This document shows positions 29,184 through 39,735 of a stretch of DNA of 64,000 bases, in pieces. This DNA comes from a virus. The first letter of the stretch is position 1, and every line of letters starts with the position of its first letter. The notes under the pieces were generated by a model. That model searched no databases, was not told where the DNA came from, and was given only the letters and a program-made list of their open reading frames with translations. A program made the translations under genes and the position numbers. The DNA lies in the IMG/VR virus record IMGVR_UViG_3300021963_000034, positions 64,001-128,000 of that record. One strand, written 5' to 3'.

Positions 29184-32012
29184 ATGGCTTCACCAATCTT
29201 ACAGTTTAAGCGTGGTAATATTGGGGCAGCGGCAACTATTCCTGCTCTTCGTCCAGGTGAACCTGCATTAACACTTGACAAATATGATTTATTCGTAGGA
29301 CTTAATACTTCTGTTCAAGGAAATAAATTCTTCGGTTCTCATCGTTATTGGGGAAGAGAAGATTCAAGCACTTCCCTCCGTTTAAATCTTGTCGATAAAG
29401 ACGGAACAAATCACATTTCTTTCAAAGCACCAAATACACTTTCTGGAATTACAACTTATACATTTCCAGAAAATCCTCTTGGTTCATATTTTTTAAAAAC
29501 AAATCCAAACGGCGAACTTAGTTGGTCTAATCAATTTCCAAGCGTATCTGTATCTGGAGTTGTAACAGCATCAAACTATTATGGCGAAGGTGGTGCATTA
29601 ACTCTAGGAACTCCAACTGATTCGAGTATTACTAATAGTGGAGCACTTAATACATTCACTACATCAACAAAAATAGTTGATAGTATTGATGACTTGAATG
29701 AACTTGCGTTCAATATTATAAAAAATACTGCAGTTACAAATGTAGATTTTTCTGCTAATACTGTCGCAGGAGGTTCTCCACTGGCAGTTACATTAACTGT
29801 TACTAGTTCTGGAAATCCTAATCGCTATGATGTTGATTGGGGAGATGGAACTACAACTTCAGACTATAATTCTTCTTCTATTCCACATACATATAGCAAT
29901 TCCAGTGGTGGATTATATTCAATTACACTGACTGCAAAAAATAACACAGGTGTAGGCGCAGGAAGTTCATTTACAACCTCCAAGTCCGACTACATTACTT
30001 TATATACACCAAATCCTGTAGTTGGATTTTCGTTGTATAGAAATTCTAGTGGTGGAAGTGCTCTCTCAGGAAATGACCTATATGTGGTTGAGGGGCAATC
30101 TTTATACTTAGATAACAATACAACAAATACAAACGGCGCAACTGTCAACTATACGATGAGTTGGGGCGATGGATCATCAAATGATTCAATTGCAAATGAT
30201 TCCGCTTCTGGTGGTGCGGGAGCGGGAGCAGCAAGACTTCAGCATACTTGGAGTCAAGGAACAAATAGTTCAACTACTACAGATACACTTACACTAACTC
30301 TAAACGCACATAATACTGCAAATCCAGGTGTTATTCCTGCTACAGGTACAGTAGCACTCAAAGTTTATGATGATGCTCCAGCAGCACCTAATGGATTAAG
30401 CAGCAAAACTCTACCAAATGTTACTAGCGTAGGTACAAGTCCAAAACTTGCTTATGGGTTTACCGATAATACTGGTGGTGCAGTTTTAAGTGCAGGAAAT
30501 GATGTCAATCGTGTAACAAGTGGAAGTGCAGAAGCAGGTCCAATTAGTACATTTGCTTATAATGCAAATAGTGGAACTCTTACTGCAAATGTAAATGGTT
30601 CTTCAGATGGTTCAACAACATTAACAAGTGGCGATGATTCTGGAACTTATACAAGTCTGGTAATTACATCTGAAAGCGATTATCAGTTACTAGATTCAAC
30701 AGGAGCAACAACTACCTTTGCTGCAAGTACCTACTATCCCGGATTATACAAAGGATTTAAAGCAAAAGTTTCTAAGTTGGTTTCAAATCTGAATACTGGT
30801 TTAAACAGTATGCAGTTACTTCATAGTGTTACTGGTAACACTAACACTGTAGAATTTGTTAAAGATGATATAACAGCAACACCTACGGTTAGTGTTGCTA
30901 GTGCTACTTTATCCGAAAACGTTGCTGGTACTTATCGTTATATTTCAGGTGTTCCATATTATAATACAGGATCTCCAAGTTTAACACTCTCTGGAGTAAC
31001 AGTTACAAATCTAGTTGGGCAAACTTATACCAATCAGTTAAATATTGTAGAAGTTGATAGTGGTACAAATCAAGAAGGAACTTCTAGTGCTGGCACAACT
31101 GATAGTGATTACACCTACTCGCAGATAAATGGTTCTTCGAGTATGCTGACTGGTGGAATTCCAAATGCAAATACTGGAACTTCATCTGCATATACATTAG
31201 GTAACTTAACTGTTCCTATCACATCTTCAAGTGTGAGAACAATTGACAGAGTGAAAGTTCGTGCTAGAAATGTAAACGGAATTAGTGGATATGCCAGCGA
31301 TGTTGCTACTAATATTCAAGTTCACACTGCAGCACAGAGTGGAATTAGTGAAATTGCAATTTCCGTTTCTAGTAGTCTAGGTAATGGAACTTATACTGAC
31401 AACGGTAAGAGAATTTATGATTTTGGACCTGGAATTACTACGGATACTCCGTCATATAATAGTTCAACTAATTTCTATACCAATAACCCATACTCTGAAG
31501 GTTCTGCACCTACAGGAATTACTACAACTAGAGAAGCAGTTGTAAGACTTGGAAATATTACTCACAACCAGGTAAATTATTCAACTGGATATCTACCCAT
31601 TGGTCCAAATTTTTCATCTAACAGAAGTGGAACCCAATATTTTACTTTTGCATTTAGAAGACAAGCAGTTGCTAACATTAATGTTAATATTACATCTTCT
31701 GGTATTACTGGACTTTGGATTGCTGCACCTGGTACAAGTATAGATAGTACTAGCACTCTTAATGGTTGGTTAAGAGCGGATACGGTTTATGCAGGTTCGG
31801 GTGTACCTGGCGCAAATACTGGAGCAGGTGGTAATGGTAGTAATGGTTGTGCGGATACCCCTGGTGATGTTATATCTTCTGGAACCTCTTTGAGTGGAAG
31901 TTATACTTTAACCCTTGGTAGTGAAAACTTAAGTAATGCTACTGGTAATGTTCTTTTAGTCAGAATCGCACTCGCTTCTGGTCAATCAGTAACAAGCCTT
32001 AGCATAACATAA
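29184..32012 (+). CDS. PKD-like domain virion protein, paralogue of the C-terminal half of 8579-13432
   Basis: MASPILQFKRG..GEPA fibre-type N-terminus; ~810 aa colinear with the paralogue. Confidence 0.82.
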   Translation: MASPILQFKRGNIGAAATIPALRPGEPALTLDKYDLFVGLNTSVQGNKFFGSHRYWGREDSSTSLRLNLVDKDGTNHISFKAPNTLSGITTYTFPENPLGSYFLKTNPNGELSWSNQFPSVSVSGVVTASNYYGEGGALTLGTPTDSSITNSGALNTFTTSTKIVDSIDDLNELAFNIIKNTAVTNVDFSANTVAGGSPLAVTLTVTSSGNPNRYDVDWGDGTTTSDYNSSSIPHTYSNSSGGLYSITLTAKNNTGVGAGSSFTTSKSDYITLYTPNPVVGFSLYRNSSGGSALSGNDLYVVEGQSLYLDNNTTNTNGATVNYTMSWGDGSSNDSIANDSASGGAGAGAARLQHTWSQGTNSSTTTDTLTLTLNAHNTANPGVIPATGTVALKVYDDAPAAPNGLSSKTLPNVTSVGTSPKLAYGFTDNTGGAVLSAGNDVNRVTSGSAEAGPISTFAYNANSGTLTANVNGSSDGSTTLTSGDDSGTYTSLVITSESDYQLLDSTGATTTFAASTYYPGLYKGFKAKVSKLVSNLNTGLNSMQLLHSVTGNTNTVEFVKDDITATPTVSVASATLSENVAGTYRYISGVPYYNTGSPSLTLSGVTVTNLVGQTYTNQLNIVEVDSGTNQEGTSSAGTTDSDYTYSQINGSSSMLTGGIPNANTGTSSAYTLGNLTVPITSSSVRTIDRVKVRARNVNGISGYASDVATNIQVHTAAQSGISEIAISVSSSLGNGTYTDNGKRIYDFGPGITTDTPSYNSSTNFYTNNPYSEGSAPTGITTTREAVVRLGNITHNQVNYSTGYLPIGPNFSSNRSGTQYFTFAFRRQAVANINVNITSSGITGLWIAAPGTSIDSTSTLNGWLRADTVYAGSGVPGANTGAGGNGSNGCADTPGDVISSGTSLSGSYTLTLGSENLSNATGNVLLVRIALASGQSVTSLSIT

Positions 32013-32028
32013 GGAGAATTTAGACAAA

Positions 32029-35000
32029 ATGGCAATCACAGACACTCAAAAGGTTGATTATCTCTGGAAGAAAATTGGTTATGGTAGGGCAAAAACTGAT
32101 ACCGGCACCCTAAAACCAGCAACTAACGAATCCATAGCGAGTCCACTACTTCTCCGTGGAGATAAAATTTGGGCTCAATCGGATTTAGTGCCTGGAGTAA
32201 TTCCGGGAAGTACTTCTGGAGTTGTTACAGTATATCCTACAACAAATCCAGTAGAATGTACTGTAGATATTACTTCATCCGTTAATAGAACCTGGAAAAC
32301 AAATATTACGGATTGGATTCCACCAGAAATTGGTTCTACTTACTTAGTAAAAGTATATTTACACACTCCAGGTAATGCTGCAACTGCTGCTTCTAGTGGA
32401 ACTCAAATATATGGCGCAGGCTCTGGAAATGATGATGAATGGTTCTTTGATTATCAGTCAGGAACACTAAACTTTATCGGCGCAAACTTACCAAGTGGAA
32501 TTTCTGGTAAGAGTGTCTATGTTAGTGGTGCAGTTTATACTGGTATTTTAGGTGTTTCTGTTCCCGGTTCTCAAGCATCATTTACGGATTTATTTGTAAC
32601 TGGGATCTCAACACTTACTGGATTACTTGATGCTAATGGTGGCGCAGAGATTAAAAATATAAGAATTGGCGTATCTACAAATAATGAAATTGATACTTCT
32701 GTCGGAAATCTGATATTAGATTCTGCCACAGGATTTACTGCAATTGATGATGCATTAAATGTATCAGGAATCTCCACATTTGTTGGAGTTGGTACATTCT
32801 TAAGTGACCTTTATGTTGGAGGAAACTTCGGAGTACAAGGTTACAGTGAATTTGTTGGTGTTGTAACCTTTAAGAGTGGATTAATTAATCTTGGAGATGA
32901 CACTGGAGATAATATTAATGTTGGTGGTGAGTTTACTTCAGGGTTATATCCAAATGCATCAAATACTTATGATTTAGGTGATGGTACAAGGCAGTGGAGA
33001 CATACAAGTTTTGCTGGTATAGGTACATTTGATGGTGGAATAGACGCAAGTAATATAAGAATTGGCGCTGATGATACAAATAAGATTACAACCTCATCAG
33101 GAAATCTTATTCTTGACCCTGCAGGTAGCGTAATTATTCAAGATAATACTATCATTCAGAATGATTTAACGGTAAATGGTAATGTAACTATTGGCGGAAC
33201 TACCGTTACATTGTTGGGACAAGATGTTTATATTGAAAACAAAGATATTGTTCTCGGATATACAACTTCAATCACACCATCCGATACCACAGCAAATCAT
33301 GCTGGTGTATCTATTGCATCAACAGTAGGAACTCCACTTGCTTCATTTGCTGCTTCTGGAATCAACACACTTCCAGATACTTATAAGCAAATGATGTGGT
33401 TCAAGAGTGGAACTCTTGGATTCTCAACTGATGCATTTGCCTTTAACTATGGTGTTGCGATTGGCACCACTCAAATGGCAAATGGTGTCCGTCTTGCTGT
33501 TGGTTCAGGTGTTACCGTAAGTGATACTTCAGTAAGTGCAACAACTTTCTATGGTTCTTTAGTTGGTAACGTATCCTCTGCAGACCAGATTAAGACTATT
33601 ACTGCATCAAATAATAATGCAAATTATTATTTGACATTCGTAGATGCAAATAATGGTTCTGCAACAAATGAATCAATTTATACTGATGATGCAATTTATT
33701 ATAATCCAAACACCAATAAACTCACTACACAACATGCTGAGTTCACTGGTAATGTATTGGTAAGTGGAATTACTACCCTTGCAGGAAATATAAACTTAGG
33801 TGATGCTGGAGGAGATGTAATAACTGTTGTTGGAGTTACAACATTTACAACATCCAATGTTTATATTAATAATCAACTCAATGTTGGCACCATCCAAATG
33901 GGTGGAAGTGCCACAATTACTGGAGATGATGTATCTGCAAGACATTTAAATCTTTCAGGTATTACTACGGTTGCTGGTTTAATTGATGGTAATGGTGGCG
34001 CAAATATTTCTGGTGGAGAAGCAATACTTTCATCTGCAACAGTTTCGGATTTAACTTCTGGAAGAGTTATTCTTGCAGGAACTTCTGGATCACTTGAAGA
34101 TAGTTCAAATCTCACCTTCAGTTCAGGTGGTTTAATCGTTGGTTCTGGTGGAATTAATGTAACAGGAGTTTCAACATTCTCCACTGATTTAGTTGTTGGT
34201 GGTGATATTCGTCTTAATGGAAATGATATTAAAGCAAGTGACGGAAGTACAAATATTACATTAACTTCCAATACATTAACTACATTTGCTGGTGATATTA
34301 AAGTTACTGGTATTGCAACAATTGGAACTGGAGTTGGTGTTACTCAATTCTCATCTGCAGTTGGTTCTGGAACTTCAACTTCATCAGTTCCCACATCATC
34401 TGCAATCATTGATTATGTTGATGCAGAAATTGGAGCAATTAATCTAACTCTTGGACTAAATGCTGATAGTGGTGGTCCAAGCACACTCAATACATCACAA
34501 ACTTTAGTTATCAGTGGAACTGCTAATGAAGTTGAAACCTCAGTATCTTCACAAACAATTACTGTTGGTCTTCCCAACGCAGTTGTTGTTGGAACTTCTT
34601 TAAGTGCTCCAACTATAAAAACTACCACTATTCAGTCGTCTAATACAGGTGCAACTGCAATTACCATTGCTGCGAATGATGTTACGATTGCCGATGACTT
34701 AACAGTTCAGGGTAACTTATATGTAAATGGAAGTACAACCCAAGTTAATACTGCTTCCCTTACTGTAGAAGATCGTACCATTCAACTTGGTATTGTTGAT
34801 GGTGCAGCACCATCAACTGCAACAACTTGGGACCTTGGAGTTCTCTTCAACTATTATACTGATAGCGCAAAGCAATCTGCAGTTGTATGGGAACACGGAG
34901 ACGGAAGATTTAAGTTTGGTTCTGTAATCAGTGATGGTGGTGGAACTGGAGTTAATAATCCACAAATCACAGTTTCTACTTTTGCTCCTATTGAAATCGG

Positions 35001-35103
35001 TTCACTTTGGGTAAATGATTGTGCTGGACAATCTCAAGTTATTTCTTGTACTGGTTCCACAAGATACTTAGAGAACATTACTATTGATGCTGGTGTCTTT
35101 TAA
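32029..35103 (+). CDS. tail-fibre-like protein, N-terminus paralogous to 13434-16106
   Basis: [35 protein letters not shown]; Gly/Thr-rich shaft; ends IDAGVF. Confidence 0.82.
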   Translation: MAITDTQKVDYLWKKIGYGRAKTDTGTLKPATNESIASPLLLRGDKIWAQSDLVPGVIPGSTSGVVTVYPTTNPVECTVDITSSVNRTWKTNITDWIPPEIGSTYLVKVYLHTPGNAATAASSGTQIYGAGSGNDDEWFFDYQSGTLNFIGANLPSGISGKSVYVSGAVYTGILGVSVPGSQASFTDLFVTGISTLTGLLDANGGAEIKNIRIGVSTNNEIDTSVGNLILDSATGFTAIDDALNVSGISTFVGVGTFLSDLYVGGNFGVQGYSEFVGVVTFKSGLINLGDDTGDNINVGGEFTSGLYPNASNTYDLGDGTRQWRHTSFAGIGTFDGGIDASNIRIGADDTNKITTSSGNLILDPAGSVIIQDNTIIQNDLTVNGNVTIGGTTVTLLGQDVYIENKDIVLGYTTSITPSDTTANHAGVSIASTVGTPLASFAASGINTLPDTYKQMMWFKSGTLGFSTDAFAFNYGVAIGTTQMANGVRLAVGSGVTVSDTSVSATTFYGSLVGNVSSADQIKTITASNNNANYYLTFVDANNGSATNESIYTDDAIYYNPNTNKLTTQHAEFTGNVLVSGITTLAGNINLGDAGGDVITVVGVTTFTTSNVYINNQLNVGTIQMGGSATITGDDVSARHLNLSGITTVAGLIDGNGGANISGGEAILSSATVSDLTSGRVILAGTSGSLEDSSNLTFSSGGLIVGSGGINVTGVSTFSTDLVVGGDIRLNGNDIKASDGSTNITLTSNTLTTFAGDIKVTGIATIGTGVGVTQFSSAVGSGTSTSSVPTSSAIIDYVDAEIGAINLTLGLNADSGGPSTLNTSQTLVISGTANEVETSVSSQTITVGLPNAVVVGTSLSAPTIKTTTIQSSNTGATAITIAANDVTIADDLTVQGNLYVNGSTTQVNTASLTVEDRTIQLGIVDGAAPSTATTWDLGVLFNYYTDSAKQSAVVWEHGDGRFKFGSVISDGGGTGVNNPQITVSTFAPIEIGSLWVNDCAGQSQVISCTGSTRYLENITIDAGVF

Positions 35104-35120
35104 AGAATAATTTTATAATT

Positions 35121-35155
35121 CATAAATACACCCAGGAAACTGGGTGTATTTTTTT
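35121..35155 (+). terminator. terminator hairpin overlapping a late promoter
   Basis: aaatacacccag-gaaa-ctgggtgtattt then T run; cataaata at 35121-35128. Confidence 0.7.
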
Positions 35156-35344
35156 ATGTCTGAAGATGACTTAAAAGCAGTACTTGCAAAATATCAACAA
35201 AAGGCATTTGATTTGTTTAATCGAAATATTGTATTGGAAACTCAAGTAGAAACACTTACAGCAACTGTTAATGCTTTAAGTATTGAATTAGAAAAATTAA
35301 GAAAACCAAAAAGAAGTTCAAAAGTAGAGGCAGATTTTTCATAA
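35156..35344 (+). CDS. small coiled-coil hypothetical protein
   Basis: MSEDDLKAVLAKYQQK..LETQVETL. Confidence 0.65.
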   Translation: MSEDDLKAVLAKYQQKAFDLFNRNIVLETQVETLTATVNALSIELEKLRKPKRSSKVEADFS

Positions 35345-35398
35345 ATACCTAAGATTCTTATATAAGAATCTTTAAGGTCCCTACCAGTATGCGAATAA

Positions 35399-38300
35399 AT
35401 GGCTGATCCTATCATAAAAGTTAAAAGGTCTACAGTTCAGGGTAAAACACCCACGATTGAACAGTTAGGTCTTGGAGAAATAGCCATTAACCATTATGAT
35501 GCAAAACTGTTTATTCGCCAAGATACTTTAGGTGTAGGAATAGGAACCACTGTAGTTCAAATTGGAGTTCAAGGACTACAGGGTATTCAAGGTACTACTG
35601 GACCTCAAGGAACTACAGGATCTCAGGGTATTACTGGAACTCAAGGATCTACAGGTATTCAAGGTGCTACTGGGGCTCAGGGCACTATAGGATCTCAAGG
35701 CACTACAGGAACTCAAGGGTCTACAGGTACTCAAGGGACAACTGGTTCTCAGGGCACTACTGGTTCACAAGGAACCACTGGAACTCAAGGAACCACCGGA
35801 ACTCAAGGAACTACTGGAACTCAAGGAACTACAGGAAGTCAAGGTGCCACAGGAGCACAAGGGACATCAGCAGCAACTTCTATTACAAACAATACCGACA
35901 ATTATGTAGTTACTGCAACAGGAAATGGTTCAACGCCATTTAATGGAGAAGCAAACTTTACATTTGATGGAACAACGGTAAAAGCACCGATTTTAGAATC
36001 AACTCAATCTTCTGGTGATGAGGGTGGAGAACTTAAATTAAATAAGGCATCTACTAACACCACATTAAATACTGGAATTACCCTTGATGTTTATCAAAAT
36101 AAACTTAGATTATTTGAAACTGGAGGAACTAATAGAGGTGGTTATTGGGATATAGCATCATTAGGTGCTGGTGTTGCAACTAATCTTTTAGCAGGAGGTG
36201 CTCAAGGTGCTACTGGTTCACAAGGAACCATAGGATCTCAGGGCACTACCGGAACTCAAGGATCTACAGGTACTCAAGGTGCTATTGGTTCGCAAGGAAC
36301 TACAGGTGCTCAAGGCGCTACAGGTTCTCAAGGAACCACAGGATCTCAGGGCACTACTGGATCACAAGGATCTACAGGTGCTCAAGGCGCTACTGGATCA
36401 CAAGGAACTACAGGATCTCAGGGCACTACCGGAACTCAAGGATCTACAGGTACTCAAGGATCTACAGGTGCTCAAGGCGCTACTGGATCACAAGGAACTA
36501 CAGGATCTCAGGGCACTACCGGAACTCAAGGAACTACTGGAGCACAAGGTACTGAAGGATCTCAAGGTATTCAAGGCACTACCGGCCCAGTAGCAGGTTC
36601 TGCAAATCAAGTTGTTTATAAAGATGGGTCAAATAATCCAACAGGTTCTACCAATCTGACTTTTAACGGAACAGAATTAGTTACTCATACATTAACTGTT
36701 CTCAACAATACGGATATCAATGGAAATTTAAATGTTGATGGAACAATTACTATTGGTGGAACATCAGCACAACTCAACACTCAACAACTTACAGTAGTTG
36801 ATGCTGACATTGTTCTTGGTATTGGTACTTCATTCTCACCAAGCGATGCAACAGCGAGTCATGGTGGCATTGCAATTGCATCCACAGAAGGAACTCCACT
36901 TGTAAGTCTTGCTATTGGTGGAGAAACCAACCCAGACACATATAAGAAAATTATGTGGTTTAGGGGTGGCGATATTGGTGCCGGATATACTGATGCTTGG
37001 TTAAGTAACTATGCAATTGGCATTGGTTCAACACAATTGCCAAATGGTGTAAGACTTGCTGCTGGTGGAATGCAAGTAACCGACACAACTTTAAGTATTC
37101 CACAACTAAATGTAACAAATTCATCTACTTTCCAAGGAAATGTATTTTTTGGTGATAATGATAGGGCATATTTTGGTGACAGTTCCGATCTTGCTATTTT
37201 CCACAATCCAGTCAGCGGTAATAGTGTAATTTCTGCACTTAATGATGGAATACTAAGCATTAACGCCATAACACATACATTCAGGAGTCAGACTGGATCC
37301 GAAACTAAAGCAGTATTTTATTCTGATAGTTCAGTAGATCTTTACTATGATAATGTAAAAAGATTTGCAACGGCTGGAACTGGTGCAACTGTCTTTGGTA
37401 CTTTGCATTCTCAGCAACTAAATTTATCTGGAGTTTCCACTTTTAGTGGAACTTTAGAACTTAATGCCGGATTAAGAGATATCTATAATAATGTAGGTGT
37501 TGCTGGTTCTATTCTAGTTTCTACTGGTGTTGGAGTGAGTTGGACTACTCCATTTGCTGCAGGTATTCAGGGACTTCAAGGAACCACTGGAACTCAAGGT
37601 GCTACAGGAACTCAAGGAACCACAGGTACTCAAGGTACAACAGGAACTCAAGGAACCACAGGTACTCAAGGTGCTACAGGTGCTCAAGGCACTACAGGAT
37701 CTCAAGGTACGGAAGGAACTCAAGGAACCACAGGTACTCAAGGTGCTACAGGTACTCAAGGTACAACAGGAACTCAAGGAACCACAGGTACTCAAGGTGC
37801 TACAGGTACTCAAGGTACAACAGGAACTCAAGGAACCACAGGTACTCAAGGAACCACAGGTACTCAAGGTGCTACAGGATCTCAGGGTACTACTGGAACT
37901 CAAGGAACCACAGGTACTCAAGGTGCTACAGGATCTCAGGGTACTACTGGAACTCAGGGTACTACTGGAACTCAAGGTGCTACAGGTTCTCAAGGAACCA
38001 CAGGGGCAGGAACTCAAGGAACTACAGGAACTCAAGGAACTACAGGAACTCAAGGAACTGCAGGAACTCAAGGAACTTCAGGTGTTAATTATGACAAGTC
38101 AATTGCGTCATATACCGCAACATCTGGACAGACTAATTTTTCAGTAACTTATACGGTTGGATTTATTGACGTATTTTTAAATGGTGTCAGACTTTCAGAA
38201 TCGGAATACACTGCATCAAATGGAACTTCTGTGGTATTGGCAGTAGGTGCAGTATTAGGTGATGTTATTGATATTATTTCATACAATGGTGGAACCTTAG

Positions 38301-39721
38301 GTGCTCAAGGTACTCAGGGCGTCCAAGGTGCTGCAGGATCAGGTGCTCAAGGAACAACAGGAAGTGGTGGAAGCGGTGGTGCTCCATATGCATTTAGTTC
38401 AACAACTACTGATGCGGATCCCGGAAATGGAATTTTAAGGTATGATAGTGGAACAATTGGGTCTGTCAGTTTTATATACATTGATAATAATGACAGCAAC
38501 TCAAATGTTCAGACAACTTGGTATGATACTTGGGATGATTCAACATCTTCATCCCAAAAAGGTTACTTAATTGTACAAGGAGCAACTTCAGGAAGCACTC
38601 TTATTAATATCTGGAGTATTACAGGTTCAGTCATTGCAGCATCTGGATACTATAAAATTCCAGTATCGCATATATCAGGTTCTTTACCTTCAAATGGTGC
38701 ATCTGTAGCAGTTCAATTCTCAAGAACTGGTAATCAAGGAGTACAGGGAACCACAGGAACGCAAGGCACCACTGGAGCACAAGGAACTACAGGTGCTCAA
38801 GGCACCACTGGAGCACAAGGAACTGCAGGTGCTCAAGGCACTACTGGAACACAAGGAACCACAGGTACTCAAGGTACTACTGGAGCGCAAGTAACTGCTA
38901 AAACATATACAATCACTGTTCCATCAGGGACAGGCGGAGGTTTTTATATTGATAGTGTACAAAAGGATACAATCTATCTAATTCGCGGACAGAAGTATAT
39001 TTTCGACCAGTCTGCTGCTAGCAACTCAGGACATCCAATTCTTTTAGCAACAACGGTTGATGGAACATCTTATAGCACTGGATGGTCTTACTCGGGAACT
39101 GCTGGTTCAAATGGATTAGGGACATTTACTGTTCCATATGATGCACCAAATACACTTTATTATAAGTGCCAAAACCATAGCGGAATGGGTGGAACGATTA
39201 TAATTAAAGATTTAACTGCAAATTCTCTTCAAGGTATTCAGGGTGCATCAGGAAGTTCTGGTAGTTCATCCATCACCAATGATACTACTACAAATAGCAC
39301 AAGATATCCACTATTTTCCGATGTTTCCACAGGAACACCTACAGCAACTTATGCTTCAAGTACTAAATTAAACTTCAATCCGTCCACAGGAACATTATCA
39401 GCAACCGTATTTACTTCACTATCTGATAGAACACAAAAAACTGATATTCAATTAATTGAAAACGCACTTGATTTGGTATCACAAATGGAAGGTGTAAGGT
39501 ATAAGTGGAAGGATAATCACAATCAACCATCAATTGGTGTGATTGCACAAGATATTGAAAAAGTAATTCCAGAAGTCGTTGTTGAAAATGAAAATGGTCT
39601 TAAGTCAGTTTCTTATGGGAATATTGTTGGAGTTTTGATTGAAGCAATTAAAGAGCAGCAGAAGTCGATTAAAAATTTACAAGAAAAAATTAATTATCTT
39701 GAAGATAATCTAAATACTTAA
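35399..39721 (+). CDS. collagen-like tail fibre with cupredoxin-like domain and S74 chaperone
   Basis: MADPIIKVKRS..GEIAIN N-terminus; four long G-x-Q/G-T-T tracts; GHP..YYKCQNHSGMGG; C-terminal S74 motif. Confidence 0.87.
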   Translation: MADPIIKVKRSTVQGKTPTIEQLGLGEIAINHYDAKLFIRQDTLGVGIGTTVVQIGVQGLQGIQGTTGPQGTTGSQGITGTQGSTGIQGATGAQGTIGSQGTTGTQGSTGTQGTTGSQGTTGSQGTTGTQGTTGTQGTTGTQGTTGSQGATGAQGTSAATSITNNTDNYVVTATGNGSTPFNGEANFTFDGTTVKAPILESTQSSGDEGGELKLNKASTNTTLNTGITLDVYQNKLRLFETGGTNRGGYWDIASLGAGVATNLLAGGAQGATGSQGTIGSQGTTGTQGSTGTQGAIGSQGTTGAQGATGSQGTTGSQGTTGSQGSTGAQGATGSQGTTGSQGTTGTQGSTGTQGSTGAQGATGSQGTTGSQGTTGTQGTTGAQGTEGSQGIQGTTGPVAGSANQVVYKDGSNNPTGSTNLTFNGTELVTHTLTVLNNTDINGNLNVDGTITIGGTSAQLNTQQLTVVDADIVLGIGTSFSPSDATASHGGIAIASTEGTPLVSLAIGGETNPDTYKKIMWFRGGDIGAGYTDAWLSNYAIGIGSTQLPNGVRLAAGGMQVTDTTLSIPQLNVTNSSTFQGNVFFGDNDRAYFGDSSDLAIFHNPVSGNSVISALNDGILSINAITHTFRSQTGSETKAVFYSDSSVDLYYDNVKRFATAGTGATVFGTLHSQQLNLSGVSTFSGTLELNAGLRDIYNNVGVAGSILVSTGVGVSWTTPFAAGIQGLQGTTGTQGATGTQGTTGTQGTTGTQGTTGTQGATGAQGTTGSQGTEGTQGTTGTQGATGTQGTTGTQGTTGTQGATGTQGTTGTQGTTGTQGTTGTQGATGSQGTTGTQGTTGTQGATGSQGTTGTQGTTGTQGATGSQGTTGAGTQGTTGTQGTTGTQGTAGTQGTSGVNYDKSIASYTATSGQTNFSVTYTVGFIDVFLNGVRLSESEYTASNGTSVVLAVGAVLGDVIDIISYNGGTLGAQGTQGVQGAAGSGAQGTTGSGGSGGAPYAFSSTTTDADPGNGILRYDSGTIGSVSFIYIDNNDSNSNVQTTWYDTWDDSTSSSQKGYLIVQGATSGSTLINIWSITGSVIAASGYYKIPVSHISGSLPSNGASVAVQFSRTGNQGVQGTTGTQGTTGAQGTTGAQGTTGAQGTAGAQGTTGTQGTTGTQGTTGAQVTAKTYTITVPSGTGGGFYIDSVQKDTIYLIRGQKYIFDQSAASNSGHPILLATTVDGTSYSTGWSYSGTAGSNGLGTFTVPYDAPNTLYYKCQNHSGMGGTIIIKDLTANSLQGIQGASGSSGSSSITNDTTTNSTRYPLFSDVSTGTPTATYASSTKLNFNPSTGTLSATVFTSLSDRTQKTDIQLIENALDLVSQMEGVRYKWKDNHNQPSIGVIAQDIEKVIPEVVVENENGLKSVSYGNIVGVLIEAIKEQQKSIKNLQEKINYLEDNLNT
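35564..35868 (+). repeat. collagen-like 18-nt coding repeat tract 1
   Basis: G(T/S/A)QG(T/S/A)T units. Confidence 0.85.
36197..36588 (+). repeat. collagen-like coding repeat tract 2
   Basis: Same unit, with longer exact internal duplications. Confidence 0.85.
37562..38083 (+). repeat. collagen-like coding repeat tract 3
   Basis: ggaactcaaggaaccacaggtactcaagg recurs many times. Confidence 0.85.
38729..38890 (+). repeat. collagen-like coding repeat tract 4
   Basis: GAQGTT units. Confidence 0.8.
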
Positions 39722-39735
39722 AACTATAGAAAATA

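Noticed and set aside
36279-38147. Alternative-frame ORFs (ELKEPQVLK, RYSRNH, SSCSTL repeats)
   Set aside because: Shadow frames of the stop-poor collagen repeat.
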